A stretch of DNA of 64,000 nucleotides from Cyanophora paradoxa CCMP329. Lineage: Eukaryota; Plantae; Glaucophyta. The stretch spans positions 1 through 64,000 of the forward strand of contig QPMI01000642.1 of the NCBI GenBank assembly GCA_004431415.1, written 5' to 3'. The position numbers and the translations under genes are program-made. The notes under the pieces are model-generated. The model did not search any database and had not been told where the DNA came from. It saw only the letters and a list, made by a program, of their open reading frames with translations. Of the stretch, positions 45,501 to 58,632 are shown piece after piece (position 1 is the first letter of the stretch; each line of letters begins with the position of its first letter).

Positions 45501-48500
45501 CAACGCGCACATGTACGTCAGTCGAAGCCGCTTTGGTGTGCCCGGGCCGACGCCGCGCACGCGCGACGGACCTCGAAGAGGGCCCTGTCGTGCTGGGAGA
45601 TCGCGCGCTCCTCGCGCCAGCTGACGCAGAGGACGCCCGTGAGCGCGCCGCAGAAGCCCGTCCCACGGGTCATCCCGAAGCGGATGCCCAGCGCCCGCAG
45701 CCTGTCCCTCAGAAGCGCCATTTGCTCCTGCAGCGATGACGCATACGTATACAATCAGCACAGTGCGCCGACTGATCATGAAGTACAGTTTTGCAAATCA
45801 ATCGTCATGATTGCGAAAAACATGCAATCGGCGACGGGTCGGACCGGGTCTTCGCCAGGGCCCCCGCTGTCGATGCCGGGTAGGAACGCCTCCCAATCCT
45901 GCACGGTTACTGTGTGCACTGGCTGTCCGTAGTGCAGACGCTGGCAGACGCGCTCAGCGAAGCTATACATGTACGCGGATTCGTGTAGCAAAGAGGCCGG
46001 ACCCGTATCCGGTGCGCGTGCGCCGATAGGTCCTGCAGCGGCGACTCCACAAGAGGCTCACTTGGGCCCTCTTTCAAGTGCAAGACCTGCGACGCCGGCA
46101 TCGATATCGCCGAACGCAAAAGCGCATGCAGATGCGCCTTCGTTTTCGCGGGCGAGCGTTGACGGACCCGGAACTCCTGGGGCAGGCCGAAGAGGCAGTG
46201 GATGGCCACGCAGTCGGCGTCGAAGAGCTCGCGGACCCGCGACGCAGTCTCGACGGCGATCTCGCGCAGGCCCCGCTTCGAGCAGATGCCGGCGGAGATG
46301 TCGCGAACAAGGGCCTGCGCGAGTGCCCGCGAGGCTTTGGCACGCACGCTTCGGGCGAATTGAGGCTTGCAAAAGCAGCGCTAGCTGCAGCACCTCGGAG
46401 CGCAGGCGGTGCTCGAGCGCAGTCGTGCGTGCTGCGTACTGCGCATGCGAGGAGTACAAAATTATGCGAGGTCCACGCAGGTGAGAATTGAACGCAGAGC
46501 AAGGAGCGGCGAACCTCGATCTGCAGGAGCTTGTTCTTTTCCTCCAGATCGTTAAGGATAGTGGCCTGGCCGATGGCGCAGCCGACCACATCACAGACGG
46601 ACTGCCGAAGAATGGCCGCGAGTCATGTTAACAAGCAAAGTGCTAATGAGGATATCGATGAAGAAGGCGCTGCGAAATGAAGTCAAGATCAAGATTAATG
46701 AACCGCCTGCTGACCTCGAACAAGGAAACTTCGTGGCTTGAAATATCACGCTGTGTACCCCAGAAGAGGCCGATGGCCCCCGTACAGCGCCCGTCGAATT
46801 CCGTCGCCCGAACCATGCCGACCACGACGCCGCTGGCCCTTAGAGAGCTTAAGTAGGCATCCATTCGCTCCTGTGCACGCGCCGGTGTTCGCCAACGAAC
46901 AATATCGTTAACGGACCAAAAGGGTCTAGACTATATTAGTCGCGAAACGCACCGGGGCATCCCCCGGGCCGCCCCCGTCAAATTCAGGAATGTAAGAGTC
47001 CCAGTCGCTTCGGACGATGGTTCGGACCGGCTGCTGAAGCAGACGCTGCTCCCATGCCCAAATTCAGCAGAGCGGATTGGCCATTTGCATACGCAACACG
47101 AGCTTAAAAACAATAGATATCGTACCGCAAGACGATGTGCATGTACAGGCGTGATCGTCGGGGGCGATATTGATTTCACAAGCACCTCGCGTGGTGCCTT
47201 CCCGCCTACGGCCTGTGCAGGCACATTGGAAGTGTAAGAACACCAAAAGTCGAGATTCATTCTTCGCGGTCATTCTTCGGACCAGAAACTCTTGCGGAAG
47301 ACCGATGAGGTAGTGGATGGCGACGAAGTCAGCGTCGAAGAGCTCGCCAACCCGCGACGCCGTCTCGTTTGCGATGTCCCGCAGGCTCCGCTTCGAGCGG
47401 ATGCCGGCAGAAATGTCGCGGTGGAGGGCCTGCGCGAGGAAAATTGCAGGCGATTGTTCGAACCCCGATCGCGATCGCGAGCAGCACCCGAATCTGATTT
47501 CGAGTATCAATTAGTTCAAATTTCTAACCTCGGAGCGGAGGCGACGCTCGAGCAGCGCGGTCCGATCGGCATACTGAGCGGGCTTCACAAAGCGAGTCGC
47601 GAACAGCCATCAAAGCTCGAGAACCTCTCGTTGCAGCATTCGGTTCTTCTCCTCAAGGTCCTGCAGCGTCTGCGCCTGTCCAATTGCGCCTCCCACCGCA
47701 TCGCACACCGACTGCAAGAATTCGAAGAATTCATGATCAGTTGAATGCATACGTAAAGAAGAAATGGCGATATTGCGCAAGCGAACGTTAACCTCGAAAA
47801 GGGCAATCTCGTGCGGCGAAATTTCGCGCTCCGTCGGCCACATAACCGAGACGGCGCCCGTCGGCGCGCCGGTGAACTCCGTTTTGCGAACCATGCCGAA
47901 GGAAGATCCCGCCAGTCGAATTTCATCTCTCAGCAGCTGCATTTGCTCCTTTAATCGAAAAGGGCAAACATGAGCGAATGCGGCAGCGCCAGCGGAGCAA
48001 CGCCGAGGAGGACTGCACCGGGTCTTCTCCAGGGCCGCCTTCATCGAAGTCCGGAATAAACGCATCCCAGTCGTTGCGTACGATGGTGCAGAGCGGCTGG
48101 TGCAAGAGACGCTGCAAACCATGACCGATCGCGAGGGAATGATCATTTACAAAGTCACACCCATGATAATGAATTGAATGTTGATAGCACGATCTAGGGG
48201 CGAACCTGGATCCGGTAAGCCACCACGGGTGGCCCAAGCGGAGGCGACTCTTCTACAAGCAGCCGCGGCTCGTCGTCGTCAGAGGCGGTTTTCACAACGA
48301 TGACCTACGACTGAGGTATTCAAAGCGGACTCTAACAGGGCTGCAGACGGTCGCGAACCCTGAATTCTTGGGGAAGGCCGACCAGACACTGAACAGCCAC
48401 ACAACACGCATCGAAAAGCTCCCGAACGCGCAGCGCCGTATCCACGGCGATCGCGCGAAGAGAGCGCTTCGATCGGATGTCCTTCGCTATGTCCCGAAGC

Positions 48501-50457
48501 AGAGCCTGTGCGAAAAGGTTAATTTTAAATAACCACGGAAGATTCTAAATCACAAACACGCGAACGAAGAATAAATGGAGAACGCGCGGTTTAATTTGGG
48601 GTAACGAGGAATAAATCGCAAATAGATGCACTTCCGAGCGAAGGCGGCGCTCCAGTAACGCCGTTCGCGTGGCGTGCTGCGCATCGATATCCCGACGCAT
48701 CGTGCACGTGCGTTAGACACGGCGAAACCCTGGGTCGGGAGCTACCACTCGATATTTAGAAGGCGCGCCTCTATCTCCAGGAGCCTGTTCTTCTCCTCGA
48801 GGTCGCTGAGCAGCCGGTCCTGCGCGACCGCGTGCCCGAGCTGGTCGCAGACGGCCCCGAACAGGTCGCCCTCGTGCGGCGCGACCGAGTCGCGCGCCTC
48901 CAGCCAGCCGACGGTGACCTGCCCCGTGACCTGGAAATTTCGAAATCATGATCAGCTGCAGCGGCAGGACGGGAACGAGACTCAAAACTCGAAGCGCGGC
49001 TCACCGAGCCCGCGAAGTCCGTGGAGCGAGCGAGGATGGAGCGGAAGCCGACGAGGGAAATGGCGGCGCGGACCTCCGCCAGCGCCTCGGGCCCCTGCGC
49101 GAGTTCAAATCTTAGGGCCCCTCAGGTTCGGACAAGGAAAGCGCCGCGGTTCGCGCCTGCGGCCCGCCCTCGTCGAGCTCGGGCATCCGCTCGCCGCAGT
49201 CGGGGACGAAGAAGGTCCGGTTCGGCTGCTCCAGAACCCGCTGCACGTGCGTGAGATTGCAGCCGCCCCGGCACCGCCTTCAGAGAAGGCGGTGCGAGGG
49301 TCGATGACCGCGATCGCGATCGCGAGCCGCGGGCGGACCTGGATGCGGTGCCGGACGAGGGGCGGCAGCTGCGCGACCCCGGGGAGCTCGTCGCGCGACG
49401 AGGAGGGCACCTCGAGGTCGCCCCGCCTCCAGCAGAGCTGGAGCTCCTTGATCTTGGACGAGTCGGACCGGATCAGCAGGACCTGAAATTAGAGTTCATT
49501 CATGTCAGCTTATGAAACCAACCTGAGAACGGAGATTAAAGGGGCCGAGCGCCAGAACCTTCACAAAATCCGCTGAAAGCAGATCGCGGAGCCTGCCGAC
49601 GGCGATCCGGAGCACCTCCTGGAGGCCGGAACCCCGCACCCTGCCTCGCAGATTATTCTGAATGACTGAAATCCCATCTGTTCAAGCGCGGAAGGGACGC
49701 ACGTCTGCATGCGCATGCAGCGCGAGATGTCCCGGTACACTGCTTCGGCTTCCACGCGCCGGCGGAGCTCGAGCGACTCGGCTGGCTGCTGCGCTTCGAC
49801 GTTGTCCTGAGCGTTCGGCCTGAGTGCCAAGCTGACGGCCACTGCGAAAGGACCGAGGCCAGATCAGACGCAAGGCGAGCTTGATATAGAAAGAGATTCG
49901 AGACGACTCGCCGCTCTCAGCGGCCACCCGAAGAACGCGATCGCCGTCGCTGGACAGGGCGCGGCCCGTCTGCCCCCAGTGCACGGCAACAAGGGCCCAC
50001 GCCTGCAAACGTTTAATTTGTGACGAAATTAGATCTAGATCAGAAACGCGAAGCAAGAAGCCACGGGAGGTCGCACGGTTTCGAACGCGATGCAGACCCG
50101 CCACGCGCATGTTCCCGCCTGCAACTCCGAGGCGATCTCCCTTGCACGTGACGCCGGGACCCCGCGCGCCCGAAGGGTTGCCGTCGCGTCCGCTTCACGA
50201 ACGGTCGCTTGCGCGTCGGGGCACTTCGAATTTACAAGCTCGAGCAGCTCGGAAGGGTATTCTGCGTCACCGCCCTCGCTGCGACCGATCGAATTCATGA
50301 TCAGCAACTGCACGCGCAATCTGGCGAGCTTACGCTTGAGCTCATGATCAACGTCGACGCACGCGAGACGGAGTGGAGGAATGATGTGCTCGCCCGCATC
50401 TATATGAGGGACGCGCTCCGGGACAAGGTGTAGGACGAACACGCGCTCGGCGCTCAT
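39514..50457 (-). CDS. Hybrid histidine kinase: 6-7 tandem GAF+coiled-coil modules, HisKA, HATPase_c, pseudo-REC and REC
   Basis: KSDFL..VVTHELRTPM H-box; NLIGNSAKF; DTGCGIP; GTGLGLYISQGIA; ILFAED, VLLSDIMMPEMDG, ALSAN, KP; repeated LERRLRSE-ALLRDI..GIRSKRSLREI...FE.VCD.VG.AIGQ..L.DLEEKN. The 5' end is uncertain. Confidence 0.9.
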
Positions 50458-51166
50458 TTTCTCTCGCAGTCTCTCTCCGAGCCTCGCCAGCGAGCAGCTG
50501 TGCCCGCGAGGCGTGCGTCAACGACGAGAACGCCGCGAAAAAACATTCGCGCACCGATCGACGCCAGCAGGAGCGACGTCGACGGCACGGCACCCGCAGG
50601 CGCCCGCTGAAAGGCCGAGCAACGACGCGAACTCGCGCGCGACGCTCGCGTCGAGCTCGGGTGGCGCCGGCTCTTCGTGCGTCATTTGGCGGCGCTGCCG
50701 GTACCGGTGCGCGCGCTGCAGCCAGCGCCCGAGAAGAAGGAACGAGAGAGAATCGGAGAATTTCGAAGGGGGATCTCGGAGGGGAGAAGCAGGAAGAAGT
50801 TCGAGGAGGCCTTAAGGGGGGAGGGAGAATTCGAGAACGAGAAGGGAAAAGGGAGAGATCGAAAGAAGGGAGGGGGGAAAGGGGGGGGGGGGAAAGGGGA
50901 CTCGCGCGCGATAGGAGCTCGAGGGAGAAAATCGAATTCGGGAATTCGAGAATTCGAGGAGAAATTTCGAGAATTCGGGAGGGAAGGGGCGGGAGAAGGG
51001 AGGGGGGGGGGGGGGGGGGGGGGGGGCGGGGCTCTCGAACAGAGGAGCAGCACAAACGTAATCAAAATCAAGACGCCTCGAATAATTTTTGCAATATCAC
51101 AATCTAGCAAGCAGATTTGAATTGTTAAGCGATAATTAAGGGCAGGGTCGATGAGCTGATCTGGGG

Positions 51167-54100
51167 CTAGTCCTCGGGGTCTGGCTGGAACAGCTCGTCG
51201 TTCACCTCCTCCTGCTGCGCCTCCGGATCCTCGGGGGCGTCCTCCGCGCCCTCCGTTGCTTGGGCGGGAGGCGGCGGCGGCGCGAGCGGCGGCGGCGGCG
51301 GAGAGGAGTGCGTGGGGGGCGGCGAGGCGGCCGGCTGCGGGGCCATGCCCCCCGGGGCGGGCGAGTCGTGGGGCGGCTGTGTGCTGCGGGCGCGCCGCTC
51401 GGCGTCCCAGACGGCGAGCGTGGAGGCCCGCCGCTTCTCCCGGCGCCGCTCCCGCTCCGCCCACATCGCGTCCGCCCGCGCCCGCAGCGTGTCCGGCGCC
51501 TTCAGCGCCGGGTCCCCCTGGATCTTCCGCAGCACCCTGCGCCCCGCAAACCCCCGTCCGAGCTCAGCTTGGCCCCGAGAGGCGACCGGGAGAAGGCTGG
51601 GAGCGGCGCACGCGGGGGCCGCCTCGAGGATCTGGCCGTAGAAGGTCCGGATCACGTCGTGCAGCGGCTGCGGGGGCGTGAGGGGGCCGGCGCGGGGCGC
51701 GGGGCGCGGGCCGGGCGCGGGCGGGGCGGGCCTTGGCCGCCGCGTTGGGGATCTTGGCCATGCCGAGCCGGACCACGGCCTCCTCGAAGTCCCTGCCCGG
51801 GCGCGCCCACCGCCGTCAGGCCTAGGGGCCCGCCCCTGGGCTGCCCAGCGGCGCGGGCGGGTGGGCGGGCGCACTCGAACTGGAGCTCGGTGGGGTCGCT
51901 CGCGTCGAGGGCGCCCATCGCCTCCAGCAGCTCCGCGTCCGTCACCTGCCCCCGAGTGAGCGCCCGGCCGGCCGGTGGGCCGGGAGGGCGCCGCGCGCGC
52001 GCGCCTCGCCGTCCGGGGGCGGCTTGCCGAGGTGGACGTAGGGGTCCTTCTGCGCCAGCACGAACGCGTCCTGCAGCTGCGCCCCCGCCCCCGCCCTCAG
52101 CCCCCGCCGCCCGCACCGGCAGCTTGAGGTGGGCGCGCGCGCTCGCGAGCGCGCGCGCCTCCTTGACGGTCAAGACGTCGTCGACCAGCTTGAAGAACTG
52201 CGGGCGGGCGGGCGGGCGGGCGGGCGGGCGTCAGCCGCGGGCCGGGCGGGGGCGGTGGGGCCGGCGGTCCTCGCGCCTCGGCGAAGGCGTTGAACTCGCG
52301 GAAGGACATGGTGACGAGCTTCGGGTGGTCGCGGCTCCCCTGCTGCCAGTCCAGCATCGAGAAGGTCCGGAAGATCTCCACCATCTGCCCCCGGAACTCC
52401 CCCACCACCGCCTGCCCGCAGAGCCCCGTCAGAGGGCGCGGCAAGGGGCGGGCGGGCGGGCGGGCCTGGGTTTCGCGGCGGAGGAACTCGAACTTGAGGG
52501 CCGCCTCGTCGTCCACGCGCGCGTTCGGCACCAGCAGCTCCTCGTACGCCGCACGCACCCGCTCCCCCAGCACGGGCGTCTTCCGGAACTGCGACGGACG
52601 AGGGGCTCGGCCGGCGCGGGGGCGGGGGCGGGGGCGCGCCGCGCCGCCTGCCCTGCTCCCTCGCGCGCGCACCCGCTCGTGGCCCATGCGGACGATCGTG
52701 GCGAGGAACTCGTGCATCATGCTGGGGGCGCGTGAGGCGGGGAGGGCGCGCGGGCGGGCGCGGGCGGGCGCGGGCGGGCGCGGGGGCGGGCCGCACCAGG
52801 AGGCCTTCGAGTTGCCCTCCGTCGACTCGTCCTCGATGGGGACGCCGTTCTGGTCGATCTCCCGATTCGCCGTGATGTACTGGCGGGCGGCGTGTCGGAA
52901 GGGCGGAGCGCGGCAAGCACGCGTGCGGGGCGGGCGGGCGGTCGGGCGGGCGGGCGCGGCGCACGATGATGTCGATGATGGCTGCGGGGCGGGGAAGAAG
53001 GAGCACAGCGCGCGCGGCCGTCAGGCCGGCGAGAGAGGCGCGAGGGCAGCCGCGGCGGCGGCGGCGCGCGGCGGGCGCACCCTTCGTCAGGGTCGAGTTT
53101 TCGAAGCGGCAGTCCTTCACGAAGTTGAGCCACTCGCGCTTCTCTGCGCCCCGGCACCGGCCCCGGCGTCGGCGTCGGCGTCGAGCCGGGGCGGGGAGGG
53201 GCGGGGCGTTGCCCCGGGCGCTCGGCGCGGACCGACGGTGAAGAGGGGGTCGGCGGTGATGTAGGCTGTCCCGATCTTCGCCACCGCCGGCGTCTCTATC
53301 CTCGCGTAGAACTGCAGCCGCGGCGCGGCCGGCGCCGTCGGAAAGGGGCGCGGGGCGCGCGGCGCGCCGGCCTCCCCCCCCCCCCCCCCCCCCCCCCCCG
53401 GCGGACTGACCTTGAAGACGCGGCGGGTGTAGAAGTAGAAGCGCCAGAGGAGCTGCCGGAGCTGCGCCTCCTGCTGCGCCGACTCGTCCTTGCGCCGCGG
53501 CAGCAGGTCCTTCAGGTATATGTTCCTGTACACCTCTGCGCCCCCGCGCGCGCGGCGCCGTCGTCGACTGCGGCGCGGATTCTGCGCCCGGGGGCGGGGG
53601 CGGGGGCCGCACCCTCGAACTCCTCCTTGATCGTCTTGCGGACCTCGGGCGGGGTCTGCGGGGGCGGCTCGGGCGGGAGCTCGACGGCCGGCGGCGGCGG
53701 CGAGGCGGGCCGCCAGTCGAAGTCGAGGGCGTCTCCCCTCCGGGGACCTGCGCGGCGCGTCGGAACGCCGGCCCGCCGGGGAGAAGCGGGGAGCTGCGCC
53801 GGCGCACGGGAGACGTAGTAGAAGCGGTCGCGGCGGAGGCGCGAGACCATGGAGATGAACGTGTTTCCTAGGAGGGCTGCGCGCCGAACGGATCGAGGGG
53901 ACTCAGGATGGGGCGCGGGGCGGGGCGGGGCGGGGGCGAGGCGCGCGTTCGAAGGGGTTGGAGTTGAGAGCGTCCTGGAAGGCGGCGGCGGCGTGCGACC
54001 AGTCCTTCGAGCGCGCGCACTCGCCGCCCTCCTTGATAGCGCTCTGCGGGCGGGTCAAGGGGCGAAGGCGCGCGGCCGCGCCGCTTAGCTGCGGGGCCGC

Positions 54101-54628
54101 GCCGCGCGAGCCGCGCACCTTGACCTGCCGCGGGCTCATGCGGACGGTGCGCTGCGGCTCTGCGTTGGCGGCGCGGATGAATGTAGAGAGCTTGCGGGGG
54201 CGCACGGGAGAGAGGGCATCGAGGGCGAGGCAACTCCTGCTCCCCTGCATGGCGGAGCCGATCTTGAGCTGCACGTCGTCGTAGTCGAAGCCATCGTGCG
54301 CCGTGGCTGCGTTTGAGATGCGTAGCGCGTCATCTAACCGCAGGTGTGCATGCGAGTACTGCGCCAGCGAGTTAAGGATGCGAAGCGACCACGTCAGCAC
54401 TCAACAGGCGGCACGCGCGAAGCTCACCGAGAGGAGGTGCGGCTCGCTTTTGGACGTAGATCGAGGCGGGTCTAGCGGAGTGTTGCGCATGCTCTGCGAC
54501 TGTGAGGCGGGGCTCTTCGAGCCCGCGCGGCTTGGAGCGGTGGCCCCGACATCAATAACTGTAACAGCTGGTGGCGTTGGTGCCACGTTGATGACAACGG
54601 GCCCCTTCACGCTTGAGCTTGATGCCAT
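51167..54628 (-). CDS. Uncharacterised multi-exon protein with TPR-like and degenerate EF-hand-like repeats
   Basis: Exons DWSHAAAAFQDALNSNPF, EWLNFVKDC, MHEFLATIVRMG, MSFREFNAF, FEEAVVRLG; acidic C-terminus. Confidence 0.65.
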
Positions 54629-54781
54629 CAGCGCTACCTTACACTAGGTTGCGCCAAACCCGCTGGCGCCCGCGGGGCTTCTGTCACTTGGGGTTGCGCT
54701 ATCTGGGAGAACCAGGGGTGTTCTGGAGCGCGAAGCAGGCTTCGCTGCAGTGCGGCTGCACTTTCGGAGGGGTACAGTTCG

Positions 54782-55797
54782 ATGGCCGCCTTCGTCGCCG
54801 CGGCCTCTGTGGCCGTGCTGCGCCCCTACGTGGCCCTAGAAAGCTCCGCCGTAGCACACAGAGCCGCCCCGCTCCGTGATCGGGCGGCGCCGATCGGGCG
54901 AGTTGGTTCGATATCTCGCTCCTTCTGCTTCGCGTGCGTCTCGGTGCGTACTCGCTTTGTTCGAGTTACAAGACGCGCGCTGAGAGTATCGCTCAGTCCA
55001 AGGCCTCGAGGAGCTGGGCGGGTCGCGCAGTGAGCTTTGCGGGCCGGTCTGGGGCGGCGCCGTCGCTGCCTTTCATCGTCCGGGCAGCCGAAAAGGGTGC
55101 AGATGATGACGCGGATGGTACGCCCTTTCCTCGATCCGCTGGGCCGCGCTACTGCTGCGCTCGCCGGCCCTGCACGAGGGCCGACGTACGCGGGCGATGC
55201 ATGCGCAGCGGCGATGGTGAAGGAGCTCTGGTCGAGCGTGAAGGCGATCGAGCGGCAGACTGGGGACCCCTTCCACCCCGACCTTTTGCAGCCGCTCTAC
55301 CAGATCGGCCTCGCCGCCAAGCGCGAGAAGAAGTGGGAGAAAGCCGTCGAGTGCTTCGAGCGCGTGCTTGACATCATCAATGAGCAGGTGACCTTCGCTC
55401 CCGCCGGCCACGCCCACTCCGTCGCGCCGCAAGCGCGAAGCCGAGCGCACCGACACCGCCGCAGGAGGGCACTGACGAGGGCGAGTTCCTTGCCGAGATT
55501 CTGGTGCCCCGATCCCTCCGCACGAGCCGCGCCCTTCCCCTCCTTCTCTCGAGCCGCGCCGCAGGAGCATATCGCGGACGTGTGCGAGGCGATGGGCGAC
55601 AACGCGACGGCCAACGAGATGCGCGAGGTGCGCATCTCATCATTCTGAGCGCCCGCTTGGGCCTTGTTGCCTCATTTCCGCACCAGTTTGCGAAGGAAGC
55701 CCGCTCCGCCGACGACGTCGGAACTGCTGCAACCGTGGTGTCCGGTGCGGCCGGGCTCAGCGGCTGGCGTAGCGTCTGCGGCGTATCAATTGGCTGA
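54782..55797 (+). CDS. Plastid-targeted small TPR protein (spliced)
   Basis: MAAFVAAASV Ser/Ala/Arg-rich presequence ending IVRA|A; TPR LYQIGLAAKREKKWEKAVECFERVLDI. Confidence 0.7.
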
Positions 55798-56230
55798 CAT
55801 TCGTCTACGAGCAGAGGGAGAATCAAGCTAGCTCTCAAATCTTAGCCTTAGTAGTCTTGCCTTGATTCCAGCTTTGATATTAATATTTCGCGCCGGCGCC
55901 TCTACCATTTGGTTTTTGCACTTGCTTGCGAACATTGATGAATATGATGCTTCCATTTTGCTAACAGGCTAGTTTGTTTCAAAATTTCACATCAACTGCG
56001 TGCATTGCCACGATGCCACAGTGCATGCCGAAGTGCGCACGTGACTAATCGAGCCCGGCACTGCGCAGCCTCTGCTGAACCGCATAGCCACAGAAGCAAA
56101 CCGCTCGCGCTCGTCGGCAGCGGCGTCTGGTGCAGTGGAAGAGCCCACAATATCCATTAGCGATAATAAAGTACACCGCGGCCCGCCCCGCGGGGGCGCG
56201 GGGAAGGGCGGACACTATTCGGCGCGGACA

Positions 56231-56614
56231 CTACTCGTTGCGCTGGGGGAACCCGGGGAAGGAGGAGAAGGCGGGCGGGGGCACGTTCGGCATGCCGCCC
56301 ATGTTGGGCATCATGCCGGGGCCGCCGCCGAAGAGGCCGGGAGGCCCAAAGGGCGGGAAGGAGCCGAACGCCGGGCCCCCGGGGGGCTGCCAGGGCCCCC
56401 CCGGGCCCGGTAGGCCCATGCTGCGCCCGGGGGGAGGGGGAAGGGGAGCCCGAAGGGGGAGGGGAAGCCGGGGGGCCCGCCGAAGGCGCCCTCGAGGGGG
56501 CCCGGGCCGGGCTCCGGCTGCTGCTTCTGCTTCTTGGGCTTGGGCTTCTTGGGCTTGGGGGCCGGCGGGCCCGCCTCCTCGCCCTCGCCCGCCCCCTCCT
56601 CCAGGCCGCCCGCC

Positions 56615-56652
<38 letters not shown>

Positions 56653-58597
56653 CTCGCCGCCGTCGCCGTCGCCGTCGGCGTCCTTCTTCTTGCGCTTGCC
56701 CGGCTTCTTCTTCTTCTTGGGGGCGTCCCCGTCCCCGGCCAGGGCCCCCGGGCCAGCGTCCGGCGGCACCAGCGACGAGGGGGACGGGCTGGGGCCCGCC
56801 AGGCCCGCCGGCTCCAGCCCCGCGCCCTCCGTCTTCGGCTTCTTCGGGCGCGGCTTCTTCGGCTTCTTCGGCTTGTCGCCCTCCCCGGCCCCCGCCGCCG
56901 CCGCCGCCATCGGGACGGGGCCGCCGAGGGGCACGGGCCCCGGGAGCGCCCCCGGCCCCTCCTTCGCCTCCTTAGGCTCCTTCGGCTTTTTCGGCGCCCG
57001 CGGCTTCTTCGGCTTGGGGGCCGGCGCCCCCGCCCCTTCCGCCCCGTCCTGCCCACCCGCCGATCCGCCCGGCGATCCGTTCGCGGCCGCGGCCGCCGCC
57101 GCTGCTGCCGCTGCTGCCGCCGCCTTGGCGGGGTCCTTGGGGACCTTGGGCTTGCGGGGCTTCTTAAGCTTTCCGCCAGCGGCGGCCGCCGCGTCGCTGC
57201 CCGCGACGGACGCCTCGCCCGCCTCGCTCGGCTGCGCCGACCCTTCCCCTCCCGCCGCCGCCGCCCCCGCCGCCGCCGCCGCCGCCAGCTCCTTCGGCAC
57301 CTTCGGCTTCTGCGCGAGCGGCGGCTCAGCTCTCGAGCGGCGAGACACGAGCGATGAAATAATAATAATAAGCCGGACCCTCGGCTTGGGGGTTTCTTGG
57401 GCTTCTTGGTGCCCAGGCCGCCGAAGAGGGCGCCGGGGCTGGACGTCGGGAGCGCGCGGTCGCTGGGCGTGGAGGCCCCGCCGTACCCCGACGGCCCCGC
57501 CGCCCCGCCGCCGCCGCGGCGCTCGGCTGCCCCGAGGGCCCCGCCGCCTCCGACCCGCTCCCCGCCTCCTCGGACAGCACCGTCGTCCCGCGCCCGCGGC
57601 CCCGCCGCCCGCCGACGCCGCCGCCGGCCTGCTGCTGCTGGACTGCGCGGGGGTCAGGGCGGGGCGGGGACGGCGGAACCGCCGCGGGTTCGAGTCCGCG
57701 CACGGCGCTTCTCGAGGTCGGCGTCGTCGAGCAGCAGCGAGGCCACCTCCTGCGGCTTGAGCGAGTCCGCGTCCTGCGGGGGTACAGTGGGGATGGGCCC
57801 GGCTGGGGTACAGGGCACGCGCGGGGGCGGACCTGCTTGAACTCGCCGCCCGCGATGACGACTTGCTGGATCTGCGGGGAGGGTGAGGGGCGAGTTGCGG
57901 TGCGAGGGGGTACAGGCGACGGGCGCACGTTGTGCTTTTGGCGGGCGCGGTTCAGGATCCGCTCCTCGACGGTCCCGTTCGAGACCAGGCGGTACACGGT
58001 CACCTGCGGGGCGCAATCGGCGCGAATTTCACGAGGGGGAAAGAGGCGATGGGGGCACCTGCTTCGTCTGCCCCAGGCGGTGGGCCCGGTCCATCGCCTG
58101 CGCGTCGATGGTGGGGTTCCAGTCCGAGTCTGCGGGGCACGGTGAGGGCGGTGCGGGGGGGAGGAGAGGCGTGGAGGGTACGGCGCCGCACCGTAGAAGA
58201 TGACGGTGTCGGCGGCGGTGAGGTTGATGCCGAGGCCGCCGGCGCGCGTGGAGAGGAGGAAGCAGAAGATCTCTTGCCTGCTCGCCGCGGCGCGTCACAA
58301 GAGCCGCGCGGAGAGGGCGGCGGGCCACGGACTTGGTCTGGAAGTCGGCGACCATGTCGCGCCGGTCGGCGATGTTCGAGGAGCCGTCCAGCCGCAGGTA
58401 CCTGCCCCGCCGCGCACGCCGTCAGCCCTCTGCCCCGCCCCGGCGGGGCGGCGCCGGGGCGGGGCGCGCCTGTGCTTGCAGAAGACCATGAACTCCTCGA
58501 GGATGTCGATCATCTTCGTCATCTGGGAGAAGATGAGGCACCGGTGGCCCTCCGCCTTGAGTCGCCCCAGCAGCCTGCCGGCGCGTGAGCGGCGGCT

Positions 58598-58632
<35 letters not shown>

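Noticed and set aside
42950-50457. Phytochrome or cyanobacteriochrome
   Set aside because: No PAS-GAF-PHY layout or DIP/CH bilin-binding motifs were recognised.
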